Assembly: GCA_905178155.1 (NCBI GenBank)
Contig: CAJINV010000005.1
Span: 7,122,989-7,186,988 of the forward strand
Length of the DNA stretch: 64,000 nucleotides
Direction: 5' to 3'
DNA from: Amoebophrya sp. A120
Taxonomy: Eukaryota; Protista; Dinoflagellata
Below, piece after piece: positions 1-12,900 of this stretch. Numbering within the stretch: the first letter of the stretch is position 1; the number at the start of each line of letters is the position of its first letter. The notes beneath the pieces were generated by a model. That model searched no databases. It worked only from the letters and a program-made list of their open reading frames with translations, and was not told where the DNA came from. The position numbers were made by a program, and so were the translations under genes.

Positions 1-490
1 CAGCTGCAAGTGCTTCCCGGACACCGTGTGGCCACGGGGCGAAAGCCCTAGGCCAGCGCGGGGACTCGGTCCCCGCGTCATGGCCTAGGGGTCAGCTGCA
101 AGCGCTTCCCGGACAACGTGTGGCCACGAGGCGAAAGCCCTAGGCCAGCGCGGGGACTCGGCCCCCGCGTCATGGCCTAGGGGCCAGCTGCAACTGTCTC
201 CCGGACACCGCGCGGCCACGGGGCGAAAGCCCTTCCTAGGCCAGCGCGGGGACTCGGTCCCCGCGTCATGGCCTAGGGGCCAGCTGCAAGTGCTTCCCGG
301 GCACCGTGCGGCCACGGGGCGAAAGCCCTAGGCAAGCGCGGGGACTCGGTCCCCGCGTCATGGCCTAGGGGCTAGCTACGAACACTCTCCGGACACCACG
401 CCCCGCGGCCAAGAAAGCACGGGGCGAAGAAAATCCCTAGGGCAGAAGTGTGGGGATTCTGTCGCCGCGTCATGACTTGCGGGCCGGCTC
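1..490. repeat. GC-rich ~92-bp tandem repeat with internal hairpins
   Basis: Units start at 1, 93, 185, 281 and 373 (last one degenerate); each has CCCTAGGCCA-G-CGCGGGGAC-TCG-GTCCCCGCG-TCA-TGGCCTAGGG and GGGC-GAAA-GCCC. Confidence 0.93.
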
Positions 491-736
491 GCTCCAGATC
501 CGCACCCGGCGCCAGTTTGTTTCTTCTTTTCTTTTATATTATCTTTGCGCGCGGCAGGTGAACGGACCTAGTGCGCGCAAGCAAGGGTGCCGCGTCCGCA
601 GGCCCGTCGCGGGTCAGTGAATGCAAGGCGCACCGAGATACCTAGCTGCAGGCGACCTGCCTGCCCAGTGCCACCGCGCAGGCAGGCAAATGCCGGAAGG
701 TCGCCGCACGGGGACTCTGTCCCCGTGCTCGGACCT

Positions 737-932
737 TGTTTGTCATGCAAAACGACAAGTCCACATTCTACCCGCGCGCACTTCTGCACATGACAAGTTC
801 CATCACCCGAGCAACTCGCGCTACAGTCACTGTGTGGACTTGTAGTCATGCGGGCGCTACATTCCCGACGTTGTCTGTCATGCTGCTTATGCGTTTTGAA
901 TGCCGGCCGAGGGGAAGTTGTGCACTCTCATA
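737..932. mobile_element. Introner F3, right part only
   Basis: Ends GGGGAAGTTGTGCACTCTCATA like other F3 copies; left TIR not in window. Confidence 0.75.
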
Positions 933-3900
933 GGCCACGAAGAGTGGAAGAGGAGGAGAGATTGATGCGGCAACTGGTGGCTTGTCTGGTCCAGGACGAG
1001 AAAAACCGGAGGACGGAGCTGGCGAAAAGGAAGGATATCACCAGAAAAAACTGTTTCACTGTGAACTTGTGATGCAGAAAATGGACCGCAGAACTGTTTG
1101 TCTTGCTACACCTGCAAGGCATTGGATTCTCAAGCATGTTTTCCTCTGGGAAGCGCGCATGACAAATTTTCATTGCCAAGTGTAACAAACTTGTGATGCA
1201 GATCTTGCAAAATCATCGCAGTGAAACAGCTCTTTTGTGGGATAAAGGAGGCGAAGAAGCTAATGTTGACGGGTGGAGCCGAAGGAGTGGCAGGAGACAT
1301 GTATAATTTTTTGTTGATGATGTTTGATTACAGCTTGGATGGACGTTAGGAATTCAGTCCGTGACTTTCAGGTGACTGCCGAGCAATATGAATTTCTGGC
1401 ACCCCCCCCAGCGACGGCCTTTGTGCTAGGTCTCAATGCCTGCGATGATGCTTCTTTCGCCTGTCCTTTCTCAGCCAGTGGAGGCCGCTTCTCTGACTGT
1501 AAGTAGTCAGAGTCGTGAGGAGGATGGGCCGGCTAGCCCTGACCTTTTGATGTAGAGGCAAAGCCTCTGCCACAGCCTTAATAGATGCAGTTATGCAGCC
1601 TGGAGTCGTCATGAAGATGTTGACTCCAGGCTGCTGCGCGTGCATTCAGGGGTCCATTGTGGCAGCCACCAAGCCTATCTGGGGGCCATTTGGGCAGATA
1701 TCAAGCGGGGGTGGGAGGGCATCGGGGCAGCTTTTTGGGTTGGTGACACGAGTGGTGACACGGGACGGTGACACGGAGCCAAAAAAGTCGCGAATTTCGT
1801 GTCACCACGAGCTGTGACAGCCGATGGTGACGCCAGAAATCGTCCCGGTGACAGCCGACTTGTGCTCCGTGTCACCGGGCTCGATTTTGAGCCCGGTGAC
1901 ACCAAGAGTGCCACTGTGTTTAGCTCTCAAACTTGGCCGAAATTATCGGAATCCCGGGAATTCTGACATTTTGGCGAATTTTTTGCCAAAAAATCAGCTT
2001 TTTCCCGGACTCCAAAAAAGCAGAAAAGTGTCAATGTGGTTTGACTTGATAGGGTGGGGGATGTGGGCGTGCCTAGGGCACAAACACGCTATAGACTGTT
2101 TAAATCTGCCCAAATGTGTGAGCTGTTGGGCGCCACGTTTGGTCCCCCTGCGCCGGGCAACCGGGCGAAAAGAAAACGACCCCAATCCCTCCACCCGGTG
2201 CCTCTATATTGGCGATCCTTTCTGCGGCACACTGCTCGCGTGTCACCAGAAAGTCACCACATATATTTCTGACGGGTGTCCAAGCTCTAAATGTTTGACT
2301 TTCTTTGAGCTAATGTAAGTGTAAAGTGGAAACTTCTGATGAGCTTTAGAATGATCTCCTCGTTTTCCATTGATTTTGGTAGCGAAAAATTATGGCGAGC
2401 GCCGCATCCAAGCATCTCTGGGTTTCACTTTCAGGGTTTTAGGATTTAGGGCTTCTTTGCCTGAGCGCTGGTTCGTCGGAGTTGTATGACCACAGGCTTT
2501 GAGCAGTGATGATCGTGTGCCGGTGCCCACTCACTGTCACTCTTGCTTCTGCGCAGGGCTGCACTCTTAATATTTCAGCTTCTCCTTATCGCGTGAAATT
2601 CAGAATTCTGTCGATGACCTTAACCACTACTACAACAGGCACACGACCAGCCACGGGAATAAACTACCTTCACGCGGCGCTGGCTTCCTACCAGCGGCGC
2701 AAGCCGTGGCAGCAGCGCGTCCAACAGGGCTTTTATCGTCCACCTCGAGTAAAAAGAAAGATCGGGAGGACAAGAAACTGCTGCAAGATGAAGAGCACAG
2801 AACCTGTCCTAACGCAGCTCTTCAACACGACCGCAAAGATTTTTCACGGGAAAAGAAGAAAAAGAAGAAGAAAAAGGGGCGAAACTACGCCTCGTCGTCC
2901 TCTTCCGGCTCTGCCAGGTCGGGTTCACCAGGTACAGAACAAAGACCTGCGGTTGATGTTCTACCAAGTCATGCAGTTACAACGCATGATATCAAGTCTA
3001 CTCAGGCATCAAGAATAAACCCCCTCCTGACCGCGGTCCCCGAAGAACATCAAGAGCCTCGCTACCACACTCCCATGCCTTTCGAACTCCACGACGCGGA
3101 ACAGAAGTTTAAGCGAGTGGACGAGGACGGAAACCAAATAGACTCCGCTTACTACAACACGACAAACGCTCATATTCTCCAAATCCCCACCTCCGATAGG
3201 AAGGTGTGGTCGTTTTTGGACCTCGCGTACGACAGCGCGGAGAAGCTCGGGTGGTTTCTCACGGATGAGGTCGCGGGTGATTATGAATGTTGGGATAGTG
3301 AACGTGAAGATGTAGCTTTTCCTGGAAATAAGATGAACCAGAAGAAGGTACTAGCTGGACAGGCGTCCTCCTCGTCCTCATCGCTGCAAGTAGATGAGAG
3401 AACCAACACCCACTGGTGGTTCGACCCGGCGAAGATTCGAAGAATCAAGGCACAGATTCTCCATCCAGAAGAGAATACGGGTTTTTCATCTAACGTGCTA
3501 GGGGATACAGTTGTGAATCTGGTTTACGAGGAGGGAGGTGGCGCAGGTGATCATGTGAAGCGGTTGCTAGACGTGACCAAAGAGGACGACCAAGACGGGG
3601 GCGAGCACGACGACGCGAAGGCTCTAGAGCCAGGAAGAGCTGCGTCACCTCCCGCTTCTCCCCTCTTGCACGATGTTGACGGAGCAGCTGGTGCTGTTGC
3701 TTCTACTGCTATGAGCAACGAGTCGCCAGTCGTCGTCAACGGCGCCCTCAACTTCCCGAAAAGAACCGAGAAGCGCCTGAAGAAGGACCGGAAATTGTTG
3801 GACCGATTGAAGGAGATGCAATTAGAGGACCCAAAATTGGACGGCGCGTGGCTGAAAAAACCGCCGACGACGCCGAGAGATACGAAAGACGAAGAGGATA

Positions 3901-6900
3901 GAGCGCTGATCGAAGCTGAAGTGGAGAAGATCGTCTTGACACCACCGAGCGTCGTGAATTTGCTGTCCACAGCGGATGAAAACTTCCAGAATCAATACAA
4001 AGGTATTCTGGAACAAATCGCTGACACAGAGAACGGGGTCACAACGGTGACAATATTGAACTCGACCGACGCTTTACTATCCGAGAAAGAACAACGGGAA
4101 CAGAAGCTGACACTTCTGAAGTTGCGACTACAGCAAATGAAGCGTGAGCGGATTCGGGATTGGCTTTTGGAAGATCAGGAAAAGCATTTGTTCGTCGGAA
4201 AACCGTCCAGATGGTGCAGTCCGTTCAAGCTCGGACAGGAGATAGAGGTGGAGCAAGACTACAAGACCCCCACGGAAGATGATCGTGTTGGAGCTGTAGT
4301 TGACAAGTCGTCCAAGAGCTCCTGCACGACGAAGATGATCTCCAAGAAAATCAAAATCTTCACCTTGAAGCAATTGCGAGAAACGTTCTACGACCATCTT
4401 ACCAACCCGGAGAAGATTCAACAGAATCCGAAATTTGGAAAAAGCAGAGCTGTTTTCCTCTTTCTTCTTCTAAACGATTTGAACAACCGGGTGATCGGGT
4501 GTTGGAGCAAGCGGGATGAAACTTCCTTCGCACACGGGGAAGTTCTCCAGCAGGTTTTCACAGAGCAATTGACGAAACTGAAAGAGAAAAAGCCACTAAT
4601 GTTTTGGAAAATGCACAACGCATACAGCACCGCGGAGAGAGAAAGGCTGAAGCTGATCGACGAGAAAAGCGTGGAATTAGAAAAGGAGAGAAAGAAACGG
4701 TTTAAAGAGAAACAAAGACAGCAACTTCTTCGAAAACAAGCCAGACAGAAGTTGAAAAATAAACAGCGGAAGAGGGATCGCAGGGCAAAAAAATCGCGGC
4801 TGGAAGAGAAGAGAAAAGAGCTGAAAAAAGCCGCGAAATCGCGGGCGAAGGAAAAGAAGGAAAAGCGGCTGAAAAAGTTGGAAGCGATAAAGTTAAAAAA
4901 GACAGAGACGTTGACTGGAGGTGCTGCTGCTGCTGCTGCGTCTTCCTCGTCGTCGACAGGGGAGGAACAAGAAGTAAAAGCTGTTGAGGAGCAAAGGCAA
5001 ACTTCTAGCGACGACAAGAAATCAGGTCAACCAAATTCCGACCTCTCCTCGTCGGACGAAGAAGTGAAAGAGAAACGGAAGGCGGTTGAAACCAAGCTGA
5101 AAGAACAAATCGTATCAACTGTAAAAATGTCTGGGTCTGGAAGAGTGCGCGCTTTTTCATGCTGCTTTTCCATGACCCGTGAGGTCTGGAATGCAGGACC
5201 TAGCATGACAGATTCTGCGAGACCTTTCTAATGCCTATCCTGCATGAGAAACTACCTCCCGACTTGGGGAAAACTGGACGACTTTTGGTAGTCATGCAAC
5301 ACAGATTTTTGCATGCTGCAGATTTAGCATGACAAGTTGCATTCTTAAAGACCCAGACATTTTTACATTTGATAAATAGCCGCTTTATCCGATTCCGACG
5401 CCCCTGTCAGTCCGGTGCCCTCCAGTTATGAGAGTGCACAACTCCCCCTTCCCCTCATTTGTCATGCAAAATTCCCAAACCACCTTTTGCCTGTTGACAC
5501 TGCTTGCATGACAGATTTTAGAATCGTCCAAAACAGCACTACAGTCCTCTAGGAATTTGTCATGCAGAAGCTGTATCTTCGCCAGCGCTTCCGTTGCCGT
5601 TCATGCTATACGAATGAGGGGGAGGGGGAGTTGTGCACTTTCATACCAGTCCCGCGGTGTCGGATGTGGAAGTTTTAGACCCAGTTTGGGAGGACAGTTT
5701 GAAAACTCGGCTGGTATCCTGTGCAAAAGTATCGTACATGTAGTAATTGCAGTTATGCATTACAAATCTCCGTCCCAAGGTAAATCAGAATGACAAACTC
5801 CATTTCTCGTGCTGAGAAAATTTGTAATGCAATTTATACTAGTACGTTACTCTGGCAGTTCATAGCTGGATCACTGCTCCGACGCGTCTTCGGACACGTC
5901 GGTCACCAAACTTGGCATGCTGGGCATCACGAAGAAAACCGAAAAAGTCGGGTTGTTCTCGTCTGATTCGTCATCCGAGGACGATGAGGTAAGAAATGAG
6001 CTAAGGAACAAAAGGCGGAAGAACAAGAATGTCCATGTCGAGGGGAAAGAACAACCTAGGAGGTTCTTCACACAAGCAGATTCTGACGACTCGATAGCGC
6101 TCACTTCCTCATCCGGCGACAGTGAAGACGACGATTCTTCCGCTGACGATGAAAAGGAAATAAAGCTTGATGCCGAGGAAGTTTTTAATCGCAGTTCGAA
6201 AACACAACTCCTCCGAGACATCTCGCGGACCCCGGAATATACACTCTCCTCCTGGCTTTCGAGTAACAGGGAGGAGCTGGAAGATTTGAAAACCTGGCTG
6301 AAGAGACACTTGCGGAGAAAAGAGAAGACGAGGAGATTAACGGAAAGAAGCAATAAGAGCCGGGCCGCGAGTTGTAAAGAAGTCCTTCTGGATATCGAGG
6401 AGCAAGTCGAGGTAGTAAGAGCAACAGTAGATGAACACGATCTACGTCAATCTGCAGAGGATTTATTCGATGCAAGAAGTAGCCAAATCTTGTTCAACGA
6501 CCCTGCGGCTTTAACGTCCGATACAGCCGCGGAGGAGGCATTGGTGGAGCGGAACAGAAGAACGATTGCCGACGAACTTCTTACGCAACAGAAGGAGGTG
6601 GTCGAAGAAGCCATGAACAGGATGGGAATGCTGGGAACAAAAACACGAGGCGAGAGGTTCGAAGAAGAAATTGCAGTTGCCATGCTTACCGAGCTTGACT
6701 ATCAGAATCAGAGCATGAACACGATGAAAGAGAGCTGCATATCAGAGGCAACCCACGAGCAGGACCTGAATTCGCCCTCCGTCACTGCAGAACTGGAGGA
6801 CACTTCTCGTGCGAAAGGTCTTCATCAAGGACCTGTAGGCGAGCAGAGCCAGGAGCAAGATGCTCTACTTTATTCAGCAGCTGCATCTTCTTCAACACCT

Positions 6901-9900
6901 GTGGTTCATCTTCTCGCGGGCGTCGAGGAAGGTGAAAAGCTCCAAGAACGGGACGAGTTGAACGAGCAGCAACTACAGGACGAGCATATCACGACCGTGC
7001 AAGAAGAACAAACGGCAAATACAGGACAACGTCCGCGGAGGTCCTCTACTTCCTACAACCATAATGATGGGAAAAATATTGAAACATCACCATCAGCTCT
7101 ACGAGATGAACTCCAAGACGATGACCCTCTTCTGCAGCACGGTGACGCAACCTTAGCGGAGTTTGAACAGGAAAAACTGCAGAAGCTGATGAAGAAGCAT
7201 CAGACGATATACTGAGTAAAAACGTACCCACACCAGATTCAAGATGGTAAATCTGCTAGACAAATCAACCAGCTTTGGCTGTTTCGCATGACAAGTTTGT
7301 CCTTGTAAATGTAATCCTGTTTAGGTAGTTCAGCAGCATCACAGGTCTAGCATGTCATGCTGATTATAGCATCACAAATCCCAAAACACGACTAGAAAAT
7401 GCCTTTCATGGGGCTCAGCATGAGAAACTTTTTTGGCATGCAGATTTGCATGACAACTCTGGCGTGGGGACGTTTTTACTCAGGATAAACGATGACGCGT
7501 CGCGATGAGCTGCTGGAAAACACGGCGTATCCAAAGTGAATTTCCCGTACACGTACTTACAGCAAATGTGGCCTCTGCATGACAAAACATGGCTTCGATC
7601 CTAGTTTGGCATGACAAGTTCTGCACTCCAAATTGGTGAAGTTTGTGATGCATCTTGTACATGTACGGAAAAAAAATTGTATTGCATACGGCGAAGAACA
7701 AGAACATCGCCGACCGACTTTTGCGAGAAAAGAAACTCGCGGAAGAAGCGAAAGAGCGGGCACTGCAGCAACTAGGACTGCCTCCGGCGCTGCTGGCGGA
7801 AAGAACGATCATGATGAAGACGGTGAGTAAGAGTAGTTTGAAGAAAGTCACTTGGGACACCGAGGTCGTGCCGCCAATGACGGAGGACGAAGGTGTACTA
7901 GGTGGAGAAGCTGAAGCAGGTAGTTGTGCAGCAGAGGACGAAATGAATAAAGACAGCGCTCTAAGAACATCATCTTCGGACGGGCTTATGATCATGCGCA
8001 CCAAGAAGAAAGACAAAGACGACGATTTGATCGAACTGAGCAGTAGCGCTGAAGGGGAAGAGGACGCAGCAGAATTTGAATTACAACTACCATCAGCCCT
8101 GGAAGCGAGGGCTGTGGCGGCTTCTCCAGATGAAATTGTAGGTCCAGGCGCAGCAACATCTTATGGATGTGTCAGAGTTGAAATCGACAAAGTTGAAATA
8201 ATTTGCCATGCATAAAATGGATGCCAGTTGGGACCCAGTTTCCAAGTGGCGCAAGACAAATTTCGGTGGTCCCTAAATCCACTTTGTCATGCTGTTTAGG
8301 CAAAGAAGAGCGATTTTCTTATGCTACTTTAGCAGCTTGAGTTGTAACCCCAAACAGGCTTACAATCGGCCTCACTTGCCTGCTCTGCAACACACGTGCC
8401 TCAGGTCATGCATTTTATGCATTACAAATTATTTCAACTCTGACGATTTCAAACCTGACGCTTCCATACATCCGCATCAACCTCTATCGCTGTCGTCGAC
8501 AAATCCATGCTACTAGGCGATCTGTTGCAACTCGCGGAAGAGAGTGCAACTGCGGGAACAACATGCGGAAAGATGAAATCAGCGAAGGACCACGGGGAAG
8601 ATGAGGATGACGAGGAAGAGCCGCCGAGTAGTTGTACGTCTTCATCCTCTTCTGGTGAAGAGCCAGATGCAAAATCGTCCTCGTGCTCCTCAGAAGCAGG
8701 AACATCAAGTCGGGTGGATGTTGACGATCCAAATAAGAGCCGCGCAAAAGGAGAAGCTACAGAATCAGTTCGAAAAATGGTGCGTTTTGAAAGGAACAAT
8801 TCGGCTGTTGATAAATCCGACGACGAGGGGGAATCTTCAAGGGCTGAACAGCTCGCGAAAACCATCGCAACCTGGTTCGAAAATTTCACAATTGCGTATC
8901 TAGACAAAAGTTTTAGACAAAGGAAAAAGATGAAACTTGAGCAGGATCTCCTGACGGAAGTTGTAGGAGCTCAACGACAGCAAAGGCAATACCAAAACGC
9001 GCCGTCAACCAGCATTCGGCCGCCCCTACACGACGACGCGAGGACTGTGCTGCGAACAACGCCGGTAGAGGTTTTGATGGACGCCCTTGCCGTGTTGAGA
9101 CAAAGTCTCTCATCACCTTCACCAGCACCGGCAAGAAATCAACATGCGGCGTCGCTGAAAAATCGCTCAGGTTTGTTGATGTTCCCAATGGTGCATCATG
9201 ACACACTTGAGCAAACGATTCACCGGGAACTGCAATGGGCAAAGACCAATGCTTACCGGCGCTTTCGTTTTGTCGTAAAGTACAATGCTGTCATGGTTGC
9301 GTTTCACGCGGGTGTGAAGGGGAGGCGGGAAGCGAGAGCCGCGAGGAAAGGTGAAGATGTTTATCTTCATGACGAACAAAGCACTGAGTACAACGAGCAA
9401 CATCTGGAGTCCCACCAACATCAACCAAAAATCCGGGAGTTGCGGCTCCGGGCGAGGTATTTCAAAAAACGGATCGAAAAGATCAAAAGACTCGAAGCGG
9501 AAGAGACCGTGGTCCTGAAACACATGCAGGCTTTTGCAGCAGCTACTAGTAGTTGTAGTGGCGCTGGCGCCGCCGCGACTGCGAGTGCAATGTTGCGCCC
9601 CACGCAGGAGCTGCAACACAACAAATTCTCGGTCCGAAGCGCGGTTATGGCGATTTTGCAAACCTGTTGTACTACCTCCTTGCCTGACGACGGTAAAAAC
9701 GACGCGAGTACGACCACGTCCGCGAAAAGTAGGAATATTCGATCCCGAAGAGCCGCCGCGGCCTTGAATATAAAACTCATGCGAGAAAAGCTGCAAATCC
9801 TGCTCCGCCCTATTGCGAGATTAGCTGCTCTGTTTCAGTTGGAAGAGCTGCAACGGAAACTGATCTTTGATTTGCCGTTCGCAGTGCGTTACACCGCGTG

Positions 9901-12900
9901 CAGAAGGGAGCCGCTCTTGGCGTATCAAATGTAAAAATGTCTGGGTCTGGAAGGTTGGAACTTGTGATGCTAACTTTGGACTCTAAAAAAATCTGTATTG
10001 CATGACCAATAAGAGGAGCCACATTTGTGCTACGCGAGGAGGGCATTTGTCATGCGGAAATGGCATCAGGAAGCTTTCCAAAAATCTGTGATGCTGGGTC
10101 ATGCATTACAAGCATCATGGGTCATGCCAGACAAGCATGACAAGCCTTCCACTCTTCCAGACCCAGACACTTTTACATTTGATATGGCGCGGAGTTGCAC
10201 GATTGACGGGGAGTGGATTCTTGAGGATGACAAAGTTGACATGGNGTCTTGCGCCACTTGGAAACTGGGTCCCAACTGGCATCCATTTTATGCATGGCAA
10301 ATTATTTCAACTTTGTCGATTTCAACTCTGACACATCCATAAGATGTTGCTGCGCCTGGACCTACAATTTCATCTGGAGAAGCCGCCACAGCCCTCGCTT
10401 CCAGGGCTGATGGTAGTTGTAATTCAAATTCTGCTGCGTCCTCTTCCCCTTCAGCGCTACTGCTCAGTTCGATCAAATCGTCGTCTTTGTCTTTCTTCTT
10501 GGTGCGCATGATCATAAGCCCGTCCGAAGATGATGTTCTTAGAGCGCTGTCTTTATTCATTTCGTCCTCTGCTGCACAACTACCTGCTTCAGCTTCTCCA
10601 CCTAGTACACCTTCGTCCTCCGTCATTGGCGGCACGACCTCGGTGTCCCAAGTGACTTTCTTCAAACTACTCTTACTCACCGTCTTCATCATGATCGTTC
10701 TTTCCGCCAGCAGCGCCGGAGGCAGTCCTAGTTGCTGCAGTGCCCGCTCTTTCGCTTCTTCCGCGAGTTTCTTTTCTCGCAAAAGTCGGTCGGCGATGTT
10801 CTTGTTCTTCGCCGTATGCAATACAATTTTTTTTCCGTACATGTACAAGATGCATCACAAACTTCACCAATTTGGAGTGCAGAACTTGTCATGCCAAACT
10901 AGGATCGAAGCCATGTTTTGTCATGCAGAGGCCACATTTGCTGTAAGTACGTGTACGGGAAATTCACTTTGGATACGCCGTGTTTTCCAGCAGCTCATCG
11001 CGACGCGTCATCGTTTATCCTGAGTAAAAACGTCCCCACGCCAGAGTTGTCATGCAAATCTGCATGCCAAAAAAGTTTCTCATGCTGAGCCCCATGAAAG
11101 GCATTTTCTAGTCGTGTTTTGGGATTTGTGATGCTATAATCAGCATGACATGCTAGACCTGTGATGCTGCTGAACTACCTAAACAGGATTACATTTACAA
11201 GGACAAACTTGTCATGCGAAACAGCCAAAGCTGGTTGATTTGTCTAGCAGATTTACCATCTTGAATCTGGTGTGGGTACGTTTTTACTCAGTATATCGTC
11301 TGATGCTTCTTCATCAGCTTCTGCAGTTTTTCCTGTTCAAACTCCGCTAAGGTTGCGTCACCGTGCTGCAGAAGAGGGTCATCGTCTTGGAGTTCATCTC
11401 GTAGAGCTGATGGTGATGTTTCAATATTTTTCCCATCATTATGGTTGTAGGAAGTAGAGGACCTCCGCGGACGTTGTCCTGTATTTGCCGTTTGTTCTTC
11501 TTGCACGGTCGTGATATGCTCGTCCTGTAGTTGCTGCTCGTTCAACTCGTCCCGTTCTTGGAGCTTTTCACCTTCCTCGACGCCCGCGAGAAGATGAACC
11601 ACAGGTGTTGAAGAAGATGCAGCTGCTGAATAAAGTAGAGCATCTTGCTCCTGGCTCTGCTCGCCTACAGGTCCTTGATGAAGACCTTTCGCACGAGAAG
11701 TGTCCTCCAGTTCTGCAGTGACGGAGGGCGAATTCAGGTCCTGCTCGTGGGTTGCCTCTGATATGCAGCTCTCTTTCATCGTGTTCATGCTCTGATTCTG
11801 ATAGTCAAGCTCGGTAAGCATGGCAACTGCAATTTCTTCTTCGAACCTCTCGCCTCGTGTTTTTGTTCCCAGCATTCCCATCCTGTTCATGGCTTCTTCG
11901 ACCACCTCCTTCTGTTGCGTAAGAAGTTCGTCGGCAATCGTTCTTCTGTTCCGCTCCACCAATGCCTCCTCCGCGGCTGTATCGGACGTTAAAGCCGCAG
12001 GGTCGTTGAACAAGATTTGGCTACTTCTTGCATCGAATAAATCCTCTGCAGATTGACGTAGATCGTGTTCATCTACTGTTGCTCTTACTACCTCGACTTG
12101 CTCCTCGATATCCAGAAGGACTTCTTTACAACTCGCGGCCCGGCTCTTATTGCTTCTTTCCGTTAATCTCCTCGTCTTCTCTTTTCTCCGCAAGTGTCTC
12201 TTCAGCCAGGTTTTCAAATCTTCCAGCTCCTCCCTGTTACTCGAAAGCCAGGAGGAGAGTGTATATTCCGGGGTCCGCGAGATGTCTCGGAGGAGTTGTG
12301 TTTTCGAACTGCGATTAAAAACTTCCTCGGCATCAAGCTTTATTTCCTTTTCATCGTCAGCGGAAGAATCGTCGTCTTCACTGTCGCCGGATGAGGAAGT
12401 GAGCGCTATCGAGTCGTCAGAATCTGCTTGTGTGAAGAACCTCCTAGGTTGTTCTTTCCCCTCGACATGGACATTCTTGTTCTTCCGCCTTTTGTTCCTT
12501 AGCTCATTTCTTACCTCATCGTCCTCGGATGACGAATCAGACGAGAACAACCCGACTTTTTCGGTTTTCTTCGTGATGCCCAGCATGCCAAGTTTGGTGA
12601 CCGACGTGTCCGAAGACGCGTCGGAGCAGTGATCCAGCTATGAACTGCCAGAGTAACGTACTAGTATAAATTGCATTACAAATTTTCTCAGCACGAGAAA
12701 TGGAGTTTGTCATTCTGATTTACCTTGGGACGGAGATTTGTAATGCATAACTGCAATTACTACATGTACGATACTTTTGCACAGGATACCAGCCGAGTTT
12801 TCAAACTGTCCTCCCAAACTGGGTCTAAAACTTCCACATCCGACACCGCGGGACTGGTATGAAAGTGCACAACTCCCCCTCCCCCTCATTCGTATAGCAT

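Noticed and set aside
1-490. CRISPR array or hammerhead ribozyme tandem
   Set aside because: Units are similar along their full length with no unique spacers, no cas genes are present, and I found no CUGANGA core paired with the GAAA
10288-12586. Genuine paralogous genes on the minus strand (432 aa and 186 aa ORFs)
   Set aside because: Identical inverted copy of internal exons starting at an N; best explained as an alternative arrangement or assembly product
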